Positions 32,714-43,654 of a DNA stretch of 64,000 bases are shown here, piece by piece (the stretch's first letter is position 1; the number at the start of each line of letters is the position of its first letter). The translations under genes were made by a program, and so were the position numbers. The notes beneath the pieces were generated by a model. That model had not been told where the DNA came from. It was given only the letters and a program-made list of their open reading frames with translations, and made no database searches. Source of the stretch: Psammoneis japonica (taxonomy: Eukaryota). The DNA lies in contig QPGO01000003.1 in assembly GCA_008632985.1 (NCBI GenBank), positions 372,001 through 436,000 of the forward strand, read 5' to 3'.

Positions 32714-35700
32714 TTAGTGGGTAAAAGTAAAAGCATGGTGGTCAGTGCAACAGGAAGGATTCGGCCATCCTGGAATTGGGCGAAGCTCCGTGTCTTCGCT
32801 AAGGTAACAAGCTCCGCCGGAATTTCTCCACATCCAAGTTTTGCACTTGTCGTCGCTTCGACAGAGAGCCTCGCAGATTTTCCACTTTCCTGATCCTCCA
32901 TTTGTGTGTCCAAAGTACTTTGATTTCAAGGTGTAGCCTTCGTGCTCGATAGAAGCGCAAAAAAACGAATAATTTTCGCCGCGTTCTAGGGAAAAAGCGT
33001 GGTGATCTGCACAACAGGATGGATTATGGGGCCATCCGGGAATCGGCTTGAGATCCTTGTCTTTGCTCTTGTAACAGGCATTGTCCGTATCGCGCCACAT
33101 CCAAGTGTTACATCTGGAGTCGCTTAGACAGAGAGCCTCACAGATGTTCCCTTTTCCCATTCCGCCATTCTTGGGTCCAAAGTACCACGATTTCAATGAG
33201 GAGCCAATTCTCTCCGTCGACGAACAATAATTTGACTCTGCCCGAGCCGATGAAGAAGCAGTTACTATGCTTGTTGGAGACTCCGTGGGCTCTGGCTGCA
33301 GCTGTCCCTGACTATTTTCAAGAGAGCATGTACATAAATTGGTTTGCGAGCGTTGACGGCATGAGCTATCACCATCGCCGCCACACGTGTCTCCGAGATT
33401 ATCTTCTGCAAACACACATACTCCTCCTCGTGACTCGCAATAGTCATCGCAACTTGTATTATCCAGTATAGCGAAAAATGTGCATTCAGAAGCGTCCTCG
33501 TGACAAACCAGGATAGCATCACCATATTGGTCGGTACATGGCGTAGGATCTGGCTTTGGTGGAGGCGGTGGTCCTTCTCCACGGGAGCATGTGCATATTA
33601 ACGGAGGAATGGCATCATGACAAGATCGAATTCTGTTGCTTTCGATGCACGTCTCCCCTGATTTATTGTTTTGAACAGCCGCCAAACAACTGCCACCGTT
33701 GCTCTCGCAGAAGTCGCTGCAAGTGATTCCACCTTGATCGATGAAAACGCGACACTCTGTCTCGCTCGTTTCGCAAAAAACAGTGTCTTTCCCGTACTGA
33801 TCGGTACACGAGGCAAGGGGAGCACCCCCCTGCGTTCGATGAGCAGAAGCAGTTATTGGGCTTGTTGGGGGGTCAGTAGGTTCTTGAGTAGGGGGAGAAT
33901 CAGTTGGTAAACCGGTTGGTTGAGGTGTCTGGACTAGAGAAATCTCATCGAATGACAGAAGGTTTCCGCCGCCGCATGCACAGCAGGCCACACTGGCAAC
34001 GGCACCAAAGTTTTCGAATAAGTCTCCGTATTGTTGACAGTTTTCGTCCTTTCCGTACCAATCGCAGTTGTACTCTTCACCATATGCATCATGCCAACCT
34101 TGTGGGTCATCGACACAAACCGTTGGTTTTTTGGTTGGAGAGAACGTCGGTGATGCGGTAGGCTGCATTGGAGTCGGAGGAAAGGTTGATGGCATCGTAG
34201 GCAACGCCGTTGGCCTGAACGTCGGAAATGATGTTGGTGCTTTGGATGGAGATATCGTTGGCCTCTGAGTTGGCAATCTTGATGGAAATGGTGTTGGGTG
34301 GGAGGTTGACGGAGATGCCGTCGGTGAATGCGTTGGCCGAGAAGATGGAGAGGGAGTTACAGAGGATGGTGGTGATGTTGGCATCTTGGTGGGCATTTTT
34401 GTAGGTCGCGACGATGGAGATGCCGTCGGTGAATGCGTTGGAGCCGAGGTTGGCGGCGTGGTGGTCTCTGTTGTCTGTACTTGCGAAGGAGATGGTGTTG
34501 GTGGCATTTGTATTGGTGTGGGAGGGAGAGACACGGTATGAACAATATCTTGATGACTACCTTCTTGACAACTCCCGCAGGTAACAGGGCAAGCAACAAG
34601 GCCTGTCACAGGAACTCCAAATCTGTTGGTGCCTATCAGTTTGCAACGTGAGCCTGTCTTTGTTTGCAAGTATCTGCAAGGCTTCTTGACGCCTTTCTTC
34701 GTTGTGAAAACCCAAGATTCATCGTCAATACATGGCTCGTTTGGCGGTCTTTTTCCCGATTCCGTGGATATATTGGGTGTTGGAAAGCTTGTGAACACGG
34801 TAGGCGATGAAGTCGGTTGGGATGATGTGCCTACCACGGACGGGGACAGAGCTGGGGCAATCTGCTTGCCACCGAATGCCACTTGCTTTGACCCTGCAAA
34901 TTCGCCTCCGGCTTCTTGCAATACTCCGTCAAAGTAAACCGAGTAACCCCCTTGGCCATAGTTGCAACACATTCCATCATTCTCGCTGTCTCGAATGGTA
35001 AAGACGTAGCTATCGAGTGGCAAACAGAGCCTCGTTATGTAGTTTCTTGAACTGCGATAGGTTTCACCGGATTCCACAACCTGCTTGTTTGAATCGACAA
35101 GGTCCCACGATGTTTCTGCTCCCCACTCATCCGTGGTCAAGTTCAGCATGAAGACTTTTTCATCACAAAGGAACTCTGTCGGCGATGGTGTTGGAGGTTG
35201 GGTGTAAAGAGGGTCTTGTTTGCAACCACCGATTGCACCATCTGATAGTTTCGTTTTGATGTCTTCTTCAGCGAGACATCCTTCCCGCAATAAAAAGTCG
35301 TATGCGTCTTTCGCTTGCACAATCCCGTACCCGAGTTCTTGATCACAACCCAAATCACCTCTATCCAGGGCTGTTCGTACAATCGCATTGCGAATTTCAG
35401 TGTTGGTGCATTTTGGAAAGTACGACCACACCAGTGCAGCAATGCCGGCTACAAAGGGCGTCGCCATTGATGTTCCTGGCAACAAATCGTGTGCGGAAGA
35501 AATTAGACAAAGACTACGGAAAAGAATCTGTTTGATGAAACTCACAAAACACTTACCACTTAATGAATCATAGCCATCTTTTCCATACGCATTCTCGGGG
35601 ACAGTAGATATGATGTCGATTCCAGGAGCTGAAATTTCTACTTGATCGTTGTACTGGGAAAACTTTGCAACTTCTTCGTTCCGTCCGACTGCCGCAACCG

Positions 35701-36697
35701 ACATAACTGTAGGGAAAGATGCAGGAAAGGCGTAGTCTGCGTTTCCCGAGTTTCCGGACGCGGCTACCAGCAATGCGCCTTGGTCATATGCCTTTTTGAA
35801 TGCTTTTTTAGATGCTTCGCTGAATCCTGATCCTCCTACGCTCATGCTAATGACTTTCGCTCCTGCAGAAAGACAACTTTCGAGACCTTTCAGCAACAGC
35901 AATTCAGACCCATCTCCTCTTAGATCCAATACTCGGGCAATATGAAGGTTGAATTTCGTTGTGTTTTGCAAAATCCCTTTCACACCAATGTGATTGTTGC
36001 CAATAGCAGCGACTGTTCCCACGCAGTGTGTGCCATGACCATATGGGTCAATAGACCAATTACCAATTCCGGTGTTTGTTCCCGTCACGTCTTCAGTGGG
36101 AAGATCCGGATGTCCCAGAGCCATGCCACTATCAATGATGCATACAGTCATCTTGTCAACCTGCTCAAGGTCTCGAGAAAGCTCCCACATTTGGTCAACT
36201 TGAACCATTTTTATTCCGTATTCAACCTGTTCCTGAAGATCACGACTGTGCTCGCTCCGCTTCAGCTGATCCTTGTACTTGAAACTCATCGGCGGCAAAA
36301 GCGCGTGAATCTTATGATTTGCTTCCACAAAATCAATGTTGGGATCGTCGAGCAGATTTTTTAATGTATCTTTGTCAGTTCCATCGATAGACACTACACG
36401 TTGCCGTGGTAGCTTCTTGTATTTGCGCGACAATCTCTTCACGACAGAGATGCCTCGGCGATTCTTGCATTTCACGAACAGCGACAGATCATCAGGTACA
36501 TCTGCCTTTTCATCCACCACGATCCTAAGTATTTCTTCACTTGCAGCATGGCTTCGTGCCCATGCTTTCTGGTGGCTGTTTTTAAGGAGGGACTTTAGTG
36601 ACGCTTTCCCCCCCGTTGCACCCTGGCAGAAGGCGAGTTGAGATAGCAAGAGAGGTACCAACGCCATCCATGTACGCATTGAAAAAGCAGAATTCAT
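32714..36697 (-). CDS. Subtilisin-like serine protease (S8) with prodomain, Pro/Thr linkers, Cys-rich modules and two C-terminal PAN/apple-like repeats; intron 35556-35476
   Basis: Catalytic triad IIDSG, HGTHCVGT and SG/TSMATP; oxyanion ASGN; signal peptide; RDL site; the 81-nt GTAAGT...CCAG intron is in frame. Confidence 0.92.
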   Translation of the reverse strand: MNSAFSMRTWMALVPLLLSQLAFCQGATGGKASLKSLLKNSHQKAWARSHAASEEILRIVVDEKADVPDDLSLFVKCKNRRGISVVKRLSRKYKKLPRQRVVSIDGTDKDTLKNLLDDPNIDFVEANHKIHALLPPMSFKYKDQLKRSEHSRDLQEQVEYGIKMVQVDQMWELSRDLEQVDKMTVCIIDSGMALGHPDLPTEDVTGTNTGIGNWSIDPYGHGTHCVGTVAAIGNNHIGVKGILQNTTKFNLHIARVLDLRGDGSELLLLKGLESCLSAGAKVISMSVGGSGFSEASKKAFKKAYDQGALLVAASGNSGNADYAFPASFPTVMSVAAVGRNEEVAKFSQYNDQVEISAPGIDIISTVPENAYGKDGYDSLSGKCFVSFIKQILFRSLCLISSAHDLLPGTSMATPFVAGIAALVWSYFPKCTNTEIRNAIVRTALDRGDLGCDQELGYGIVQAKDAYDFLLREGCLAEEDIKTKLSDGAIGGCKQDPLYTQPPTPSPTEFLCDEKVFMLNLTTDEWGAETSWDLVDSNKQVVESGETYRSSRNYITRLCLPLDSYVFTIRDSENDGMCCNYGQGGYSVYFDGVLQEAGGEFAGSKQVAFGGKQIAPALSPSVVGTSSQPTSSPTVFTSFPTPNISTESGKRPPNEPCIDDESWVFTTKKGVKKPCRYLQTKTGSRCKLIGTNRFGVPVTGLVACPVTCGSCQEGSHQDIVHTVSLPPTPIQMPPTPSPSQVQTTETTTPPTSAPTHSPTASPSSRPTKMPTKMPTSPPSSVTPSPSSRPTHSPTASPSTSHPTPFPSRLPTQRPTISPSKAPTSFPTFRPTALPTMPSTFPPTPMQPTASPTFSPTKKPTVCVDDPQGWHDAYGEEYNCDWYGKDENCQQYGDLFENFGAVASVACCACGGGNLLSFDEISLVQTPQPTGLPTDSPPTQEPTDPPTSPITASAHRTQGGAPLASCTDQYGKDTVFCETSETECRVFIDQGGITCSDFCESNGGSCLAAVQNNKSGETCIESNRIRSCHDAIPPLICTCSRGEGPPPPPKPDPTPCTDQYGDAILVCHEDASECTFFAILDNTSCDDYCESRGGVCVFAEDNLGDTCGGDGDSSCRQRSQTNLCTCSLENSQGQLQPEPTESPTSIVTASSSARAESNYCSSTERIGSSLKSWYFGPKNGGMGKGNICEALCLSDSRCNTWMWRDTDNACYKSKDKDLKPIPGWPHNPSCCADHHAFSLERGENYSFFCASIEHEGYTLKSKYFGHTNGGSGKWKICEALCRSDDKCKTWMWRNSGGACYLSEDTELRPIPGWPNPSCCTDHHAFTFTH

Positions 36698-36964
36698 GGT
36701 GACGCTTCTTTTGGTTAACAAATGAGGTAATGAAAGCAGCTGAAACGATGTGTGGAGACGCTTGATGACCCGTGCAAAGTGAAAGCACATGATGTTGTGA
36801 GAATCAAAACGGAAAACGGACGTTTATGCCCCTCAACGAGTGAGGGTCACACTCAAATAATACTGTACCGGTAAGGACGAACGCAAGGGGCATACAAATT
36901 AGTCATAGATGATGAAACAGAATGTCTCGAGGAAGGGCTATGATATTCTCGTAGTAAAAAGCAA

Positions 36965-38075
36965 GAAGATTCTTTTGCTGGAACTTGTCAGCACGCACAG
37001 CACCGGCAGAGCACGCCGTAGAGACCATGAAGAAGAAGTCTCATCGTAAAGCAGACGCAGCGATGACATGTGTGTGTGTGTGTGTCTTCCAGTCGAATTC
37101 ACAGAGAGTCTTTTTTGGCAAGTCATTCGATCATCACAAAGCATCGCTCCCCATCATCGCCTTCTTCTGGCAAAACAGGTGTGAACACAACTGGTGTGGT
37201 TGCTCCTCCTTTGCAAGCAGAAACTCTGGACATGCTGAGCAGGTGGATGATCAAAATTGATGGGGGGCACTTGATTGTGGCAAGGCAGCTTGCTGGCCTT
37301 GGCTGCCCAAAAAAAGTTTCGAGAACACTTGTGCTGGTGTGGAGACAAAAACACATCCTCGCCCGCCAGAGGAGATTGAGGCAAGACCATTGTGGCCACT
37401 TTGCCGGCTGTTTTCCAAAAAGCACAAGGCTCTTTCCACTCACAAACTTCATGGTGCAAGTTTGATCTTTTACACATGAAAAGCACACCAGCAAACAAGT
37501 GGCACAAAAGACTGGTGGGAAAAAATCTTTTGCAGTGGGTTTGTGGCTCGCCATTTTTTGCTGCAAAAAACTGGAAAAGTTGTTGCCAGCTGCTCTTCTT
37601 AAATTCAGCATTGGCCACCAAATGGCACTGCCAGCATCTGCACCCCCTGCTGCCACATTGTCTTGCAAGAAGTTTGGCAAAATGACAAAGCGGGCAACGG
37701 CAACCTCTTGCATTGCCAGCACATTTCTTGCTGTGCTGGTGCTCTCTGCCATTTCTTGTGCCAAGTTCATGATGGCAAGTGCATGGAAACAGCAAAAAAT
37801 GGAAACAGAAACCAGCCTCCCCAAGTTGCAAGAGATTTTGGCTGCAGCAAGGGCCCGCTGGCTGGTGGCACAGCTCACCACTGGTTGACAGGGCATGTCT
37901 GATGGCAACCTTGCATCCAAATGGGAGCAAACAAAAGCAGGTGACAAACATTGGCAATCTGCACTTTGCCACAATGTCCAAACCTGCCATTCTTGCTGCA
38001 GTGTGCATGTGCCCCCTGATGTTGTGGGCTTCGAATCAACAACAGATGTGTGAAAAGATTCGCTGGTGGACACTT
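36965..38075. other. TpA-depleted degenerate block 3 (family not recognised)
   Basis: Almost no TA over about 1.1 kb, TG/CA-rich, with overlapping nearly Tyr-free ORFs, in the divergent intergenic region. Confidence 0.7.
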
Positions 38076-38261
38076 TGTAACAGAGTGTTAAAATTATCGT
38101 CATCAAAAATGACTTAGGTTTCACACTCTTTGAGGGCTTATTTCATCAGGGCTTATTTTTCAATCGTTTTTCAACGCAGAACAGTGACCCGAAGAGTCAC
38201 ATGACAACGTCGTTCTTCACGACCTCGCAACTAGCTTCACATTTACACGCAGCACACAGCC

Positions 38262-39764
38262 ATGGTGACGGGTTCTCTTATTTTACTCTTACTGCTTGCC
38301 CTGCTTACAGCAGTTTCCGGCAACTGGACTGAGTCGCAGCCCGACACGAGCAATCAAGTCGACACCAGCCTCAAAAAGCAGTTTGGTGAATTCAGTCAGT
38401 TTTTCACTGATTCGCGACGACTTAGTGGCAGTGGAAGCGGCAGCGGGAGTGGCAGTGGGAGCGGCAGTGGAAGTAGTAGTGGGAGTAGCAGCAGTAATGT
38501 AACGCCCCAGCAGGCGAGCGCTCCATCCAACCAGTATTATGCGGACTCTGTGGCCGCAAGCCAAAGTGTGAACATGAAGGACGGGTCGAAATACGCCGGA
38601 GGGGGGCTAACTGCACAGGGAGCAACTGTAAAGTACACAGTTTCACCAGAATTGGAAGACGACGTTTCAACCTGCGGTGGAAGCAAAACCTTCTATGCAA
38701 ATGTCTTAGTTGAGCATTTCCTCCAGAATTCAGAGGACCTTCCAAGAAGCCTACTTGAGCAGATGGAGGACATTTTTCGTGATACATATAACTCTCTGAA
38801 TACTCCGAGAACGAGTCAGGCTGTGTGTGACAAAGGTAAGATGCGCTATATTGCAGATGTGAAGGTTTATGCCAAGGATAACATCTACAAGCAGATTGAC
38901 GGGCAAAAGATTGCTCGTCGCAATTTCTTTTACCGCGTGACCGGAAAGTGCATCAATTGCGACGAGGATGAGACAACTATCTTTGATTTGGCGCCGCATC
39001 GAACGGAGGATGCGATTATTGCGTTAATGAATGATTCCAAATCTGCAACGTGCAGTTGTGGGGCCCAAAATGAGAATAGAAGATCTCCCACCGAAGTTGA
39101 ATTTAGAGATGCATTTCGCAAAAACATTAAGGGCCTTGTATCTGAGGGGTCCCTGATCAATCTCCGATCCGCGGATAAGGTTATTGAATATGATATCGTT
39201 GACTGCCAGGGGGGCGCTGATTATTTCGAAACGGAGGTGTGCGTTGACCTTTCCGAAGAACCAGTGGATGAAAGTATTGCGCAGCTTGAGGATGGATTTC
39301 TCAATTCTTATAACACGCTTGCAGTTTCATTCTGTGATCCGGCGCATCGTTTCATAGATAAAGTGGAAATTGAAGACAGCTCAAGATTCTTGGAGCTGGT
39401 CACGAAGAAGAAGAGACGGAGAAAGCTGTTCAGGGTGAAGGGCTTTTGCAAGGGTTGCAGGAAAAGCTCGAGTTTATTTAATGATGCCAGCGACAATGAG
39501 TCGACACGAAATCTTCGTGGCAGTGACGAAGGCGGTCGCCACCTAGCCAACATGACGGACTTTTGGTACAAGCTTTTCGACCTTTACCACAAGAAAGAAG
39601 ATGGCCGGAATGAATGCTTTTGCGCAACACGTCCACTAGCACGCCGAGCCCCCAATGAGATCGAGGTTCGAGATTCATTCAACGCTGTTCTCATTCACGG
39701 AAGTAAGAAGGGCTATGTGAAGCAATCTATAATTGCAGAGCAAGTAAAATCTGTCGGCAATTGA
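38262..39764 (+). CDS. Secreted protein of unknown function with (GS)n tract and an internally duplicated Cys-containing domain (500 aa)
   Basis: Signal peptide; RRL then SGSGSG; paired motifs YNSL..CD..R.I.DV..RVTGKCINC..RRSPTEVE and YNTL..CD..RFIDKV..RVKGFCKGC..RRAPNEIE. Confidence 0.8.
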   Translation: MVTGSLILLLLLALLTAVSGNWTESQPDTSNQVDTSLKKQFGEFSQFFTDSRRLSGSGSGSGSGSGSGSGSSSGSSSSNVTPQQASAPSNQYYADSVAASQSVNMKDGSKYAGGGLTAQGATVKYTVSPELEDDVSTCGGSKTFYANVLVEHFLQNSEDLPRSLLEQMEDIFRDTYNSLNTPRTSQAVCDKGKMRYIADVKVYAKDNIYKQIDGQKIARRNFFYRVTGKCINCDEDETTIFDLAPHRTEDAIIALMNDSKSATCSCGAQNENRRSPTEVEFRDAFRKNIKGLVSEGSLINLRSADKVIEYDIVDCQGGADYFETEVCVDLSEEPVDESIAQLEDGFLNSYNTLAVSFCDPAHRFIDKVEIEDSSRFLELVTKKKRRRKLFRVKGFCKGCRKSSSLFNDASDNESTRNLRGSDEGGRHLANMTDFWYKLFDLYHKKEDGRNECFCATRPLARRAPNEIEVRDSFNAVLIHGSKKGYVKQSIIAEQVKSVGN

Positions 39765-40692
39765 TTGAAACGGAGAACCTGATTTAAAACGCACTTTACA
39801 CAGTAACCTTTATATGTAACTTCAACATCTCACGCTATCTTATTGCTTCTCACCCATGCGCACTGTAGCGATAAGAAATAGACAGCACGTGGATGCTCTG
39901 ATCATCGTTTGTGATGCTATTGTGCCTGCGTGCATGGCGGGGTTCTCTTTTTTAATCCCGATTGCAGCAATGTTGGTACCGGTATTATCAGGCCATGAAC
40001 AAAGGGACGACCCGGCCCCTGATGGCACCCGCAACAGCTGGCTGCTGACAACCTGACACAGAGCATCCTTGGGGGTGGCTCAGCAGCTCTCAAGCAAGTG
40101 TCTACCATATGGAGTCAATCTTCAAACAATCGTGATCAATCATGGTGATGCTTACGGAGGTGCCTGGTACATTTGGAGAACGTGGAAAGTGTTTCGACTC
40201 TTCACGTGGTCCCGAGGTCATGGTTCGTGAGCCAGGTCACTCATTACTTGAACGAACGCATGATCAGCTTGATGAAGGGGCTAATCTCTCACTAGAACAA
40301 GCTCAGCATGAATATCAAACAGTTATACTCTGTAACTTCGCTAGAAAGAACACATTTAGCGGCCCGACTGAGCTCGTCGTGAAAGTTCTTGCTTTCCTCC
40401 ACCACGGTTTAATCTATTTGGTACGGTTCATGATCTAGAGGATGCTCATTCGGATCGCAAAGACTGTGCTTGAAAGCTACAAACAACTCTACGGTAGAAT
40501 AAAATGTATCTCTATGTAATCCCAAAACGATGCTTCTGAAAATCTTTCCGATCCCAATTGAGTAAATCTTGTGGTGAATTTTTTCCTTTCAAAACGTGGC
40601 ACTTGTCAATCATCACTACGAGAAATATATAAGGCATTTCTCGTAATGACGTTTGGCAGTGCTTCGTTCCACGGTCAGGAAAAAGCTATGCC

Positions 40693-41250
40693 TCACTTCC
40701 TAATCTTCCACCAGGCCTTGGTAGTTTTCTCCGCTACTTGTTCCACTACAGCGGCCTCAGGAAATAACCTCTCGGAAGCAAAATACACTGCCACAAGGGC
40801 GACAATCAAAAACATGAGGAATCCAAAGATAAAGGGTTGAAGATCGTTCTCGTTGGATTCCTTCATGACGACGAGGGACCGTGGGCTCGAAGATACCACC
40901 GCCACTTCTTCTTCTTGAGAGTCGTCGGTGCTGTTGGAGTCCTGTTCATGATCGCTATCATCGAGAGAAAAGCTCGCATCCGCCGCGTCCGGAGCATCCA
41001 ATTGACGCAGCACAATGTCCTTGGGGGGGCTTGTCGTAGTAGTAGTAGTAGTAGTAGTAGTCTTGGTTTCAATTTCTTTTGTCTCCTTGTACCAAAACCA
41101 CGTGTGTTGGAGGATACGAGCAGCACTGTCACGCAACTTTTGATCGTTTGCAATCTTGCGAGCCGCCGCCATGTACTTGGATGTGAGAGCGGCTGCCGTG
41201 ACAAAGACACAACACGAGGTTGCAACTAGAGCGGATTGATTGCCCCTCAT
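40693..41250 (-). CDS. Hypothetical membrane protein (185 aa): two hydrophobic segments, loose IQ-like motif, poly-Thr, acidic linker
   Basis: ATG-initiated ORF with normal composition; AARILQHTW; FIFGFLMFLIVALVAVYF. Confidence 0.6.
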   Translation of the reverse strand: MRGNQSALVATSCCVFVTAAALTSKYMAAARKIANDQKLRDSAARILQHTWFWYKETKEIETKTTTTTTTTTTSPPKDIVLRQLDAPDAADASFSLDDSDHEQDSNSTDDSQEEEVAVVSSSPRSLVVMKESNENDLQPFIFGFLMFLIVALVAVYFASERLFPEAAVVEQVAEKTTKAWWKIRK

Positions 41251-42287
41251 GATTAATCTTTTTGTTTTTTAAAAGCAAGAAATGAGAAGGTGTACAGTAC
41301 AACAATGGGGTGGAGATACTATGGTTGAACTGCTATGATCTTGAATCTGTGATCGCTCTTTTCACCTGCCGCCAAAAAAAAAGCGTTCCGAGGCGATGAC
41401 GCAACTGCCACGTCACCGTTTCGGCACCAACTCACATCTTTGACTCGTCGGACTAAAAAAGTCTCGCACCGCCGGTGCTACAGCATAAAAAAAAAGGTTG
41501 TCAAACAATGGACCTTTCTTCATTTCAAGATTTTTGCCTGGGTGGGGACAGACTGTACGTCAAGCGGAAATTGGGCAGAATTTCTTGTTGGAACTCTCCC
41601 TGTGGACATCAGACCGCGCCCCGCAGCTTCTGGTGCTTTTCCAAAGATGCGAGCACAAATTCAAAAATCACCAACGGCGAAAATGGCACTCATCTCTGCG
41701 ATGCCAATTTTGAAGACGATCGGCTCCACACTGCCAACAACCCCCATCCCATGACTGACATGTGTGTGTTGTGATGTCATGGTGAGAAAAATCATTGTGT
41801 TGAGTTGAGTTTGTGCATCGTGTGGTGCAGTGTCGTGTTTTGATGGTTTTGGGGGTTGTTGCATGCCCTTGTCTTGCTCACAGTCATTTGTCTCGCATCA
41901 TGTTGTAGAGCAAGGCATTGACACTCCATTGTTCACAGTGTTGAAGCTTTCGTGAGTGATGAGAATTGAGTTGTGGATTGTGGGAGTGTCCTCAGTGACC
42001 AGCACTGCCGATCATTCGTGGACGCAGCAGGAGCCGCTTCTCATCTGCTGTTTGCTGTGCTCGATGGTTTGCAATGTCCAGAGTGTCATCAGAAACAGAG
42101 TGCAATGAGGTGCAAAGGGCATTGGGGTGATTCTCAGGTGCCAGTGTCGCAGTGACTAGATTGAGATTGTGAGGAGAGGAGACTCTCAACGTTCCCTCTT
42201 CTGAATCACTTGAGCGACGTTTTCATTGCTGACGTGAGTCTTTGCAATGGCAAGTCACAATGACCGCAATGATGATTTGACAATCTT

Positions 42288-42705
42288 TGCACTCCCTCTC
42301 ATTGTGTCTTGTGAGTTTAATCAACCAATCAGATCAATTTTGGCTGACTCCGGTTGCTGTTGTTCATGAAGAGAAATTGCCCTTCACACTCACCAACCCA
42401 TGACCAAAGGACGTAAGGCTTCAAGTGCCTCGGCCGTCAAGGGCTTGGTGAGACAGTCTGCCAGTTGATCCTTTGCATCAATGACATGCATTGAGATCTC
42501 CTTCCTTGTGACACAGTCACGGAAGTGATGCAACTTGACATTTGAGTGCTTGGTGCGTGGTCTGCACTTGTGTGCACGTGCCATCTCCAGAGCACCGCTG
42601 TTGTCCTCAAACACTTGACAATGAATCTTGGGCTGCAACATCTTGACAGGGAATCCATGCCACTTGAGTTCTTTCAGCATTTCCATCAAGGGTGTGGCTT
42701 CTTGG
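42288..42705 (-). mobile_element. Ty1/copia pol 3' end (RNase H C-terminus) with polypurine tract and probable LTR start
   Basis: EATPLMEMLKEL...VFEDNSGALEMA..KCRPRTKH.NVKLHHFRDCV...DQLADCLTKPL...MGW*. GAGAGGGAG at 42300-42292 is followed by TGCA. Confidence 0.85.
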
Positions 42706-42724
42706 AAAGCTGAATTGTTTGGAG

Positions 42725-43090
42725 AAGTGTGCCAGAAGCAACATTGCACACATCACCCACCAGTGCACACGGTTTGCGGCAGATCCCAAGGTTGAGCACG
42801 GCAAGGCCATGCGATGGCTGGGCCGACACTTGTGCAAGACCAGAGACAAGGGCACTGTCCTGAAGCCTGCAAAAGGGAAGGATTTGGAAGTGTGTGTGGA
42901 CGCAGATTTTAGTGGAAATTGGGATCCACGAGAAGCAGGCTAAGATCGCGACACAGCAAGATCGCAACACGGTTGTGTCGTTGCTTGCACGGGTTGTCCC
43001 ATGCTGTGGAAATCTCAGCTTCAGACTGAGACAGCCTCAAGCAGTGCTGAGTCTGAACACACTGGCTTGTCACATGCTTTACGAGAAGCC
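42725..43090 (+). mobile_element. Ty1/copia RT end and RNase H start, inverted relative to 42288-42705
   Basis: RSNIAHITHQCTRFAADPKVEHGKAMRWLGRHL..T.DKG...LEVCVDADFSGNW...WKSQLQTETASSSAESEHTGLSHALREA. Confidence 0.85.
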
Positions 43091-43612
43091 CACACAACAA
43101 GTTTGGACGACATTTGTGCTGTTGATTTGTTTGGTTCATGTGTGTTTGCAGTGAGTGTGATCAATCTTGTGCTCATCCTTGTTGCCAGATGTGTTGGAGC
43201 CACTTTTGTGTCATTTGCATGCAATGGCTGGACTTGGAACTCAACAATGACACCTGGATTGGCCCCCACACAACAAGTTTGGATGATGTTTGTGCATTTA
43301 ATTTGTTTGGTTCACACATGCATTTGCAGTGAGCGTGATCAATCTCACGCTCATGCTTGTTGCTGGACGCGTTGGTGCCACTTCCACATCGTTTGCACAC
43401 GATGCCTCTGCTTGGAACTCAACAATGCCTGGATTGGCTTTTGCACAACAAGTTTGGATGACATTTGTGCATTTGATTTGTTTGGTTCATGTGTGTTTGC
43501 AGTGAGCGCGATCAATCTTGTGCTCATCCTTGTTGTTGCATGTGTTGGAGCTGCTTTCATGTCATTTGTGCATGATGCCTTGGCTTGGAACTCAACAACA
43601 ATGCCCGGATTT
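43091..43612 (+). repeat. Tandem repeat, about 175-bp unit x3
   Basis: caacaagtttgga at 43095, 43271 and 43446; ttggaactcaacaa near the end of each unit. Confidence 0.92.
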
Positions 43613-43654
43613 AAAAAAAAAAAAAGACAGATTGAGTCAGCCAAGATCTGTGAA

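Noticed and set aside
39840..40440. Short ORFs between the two orphan genes
   Set aside because: No motifs and no convincing splice structure.
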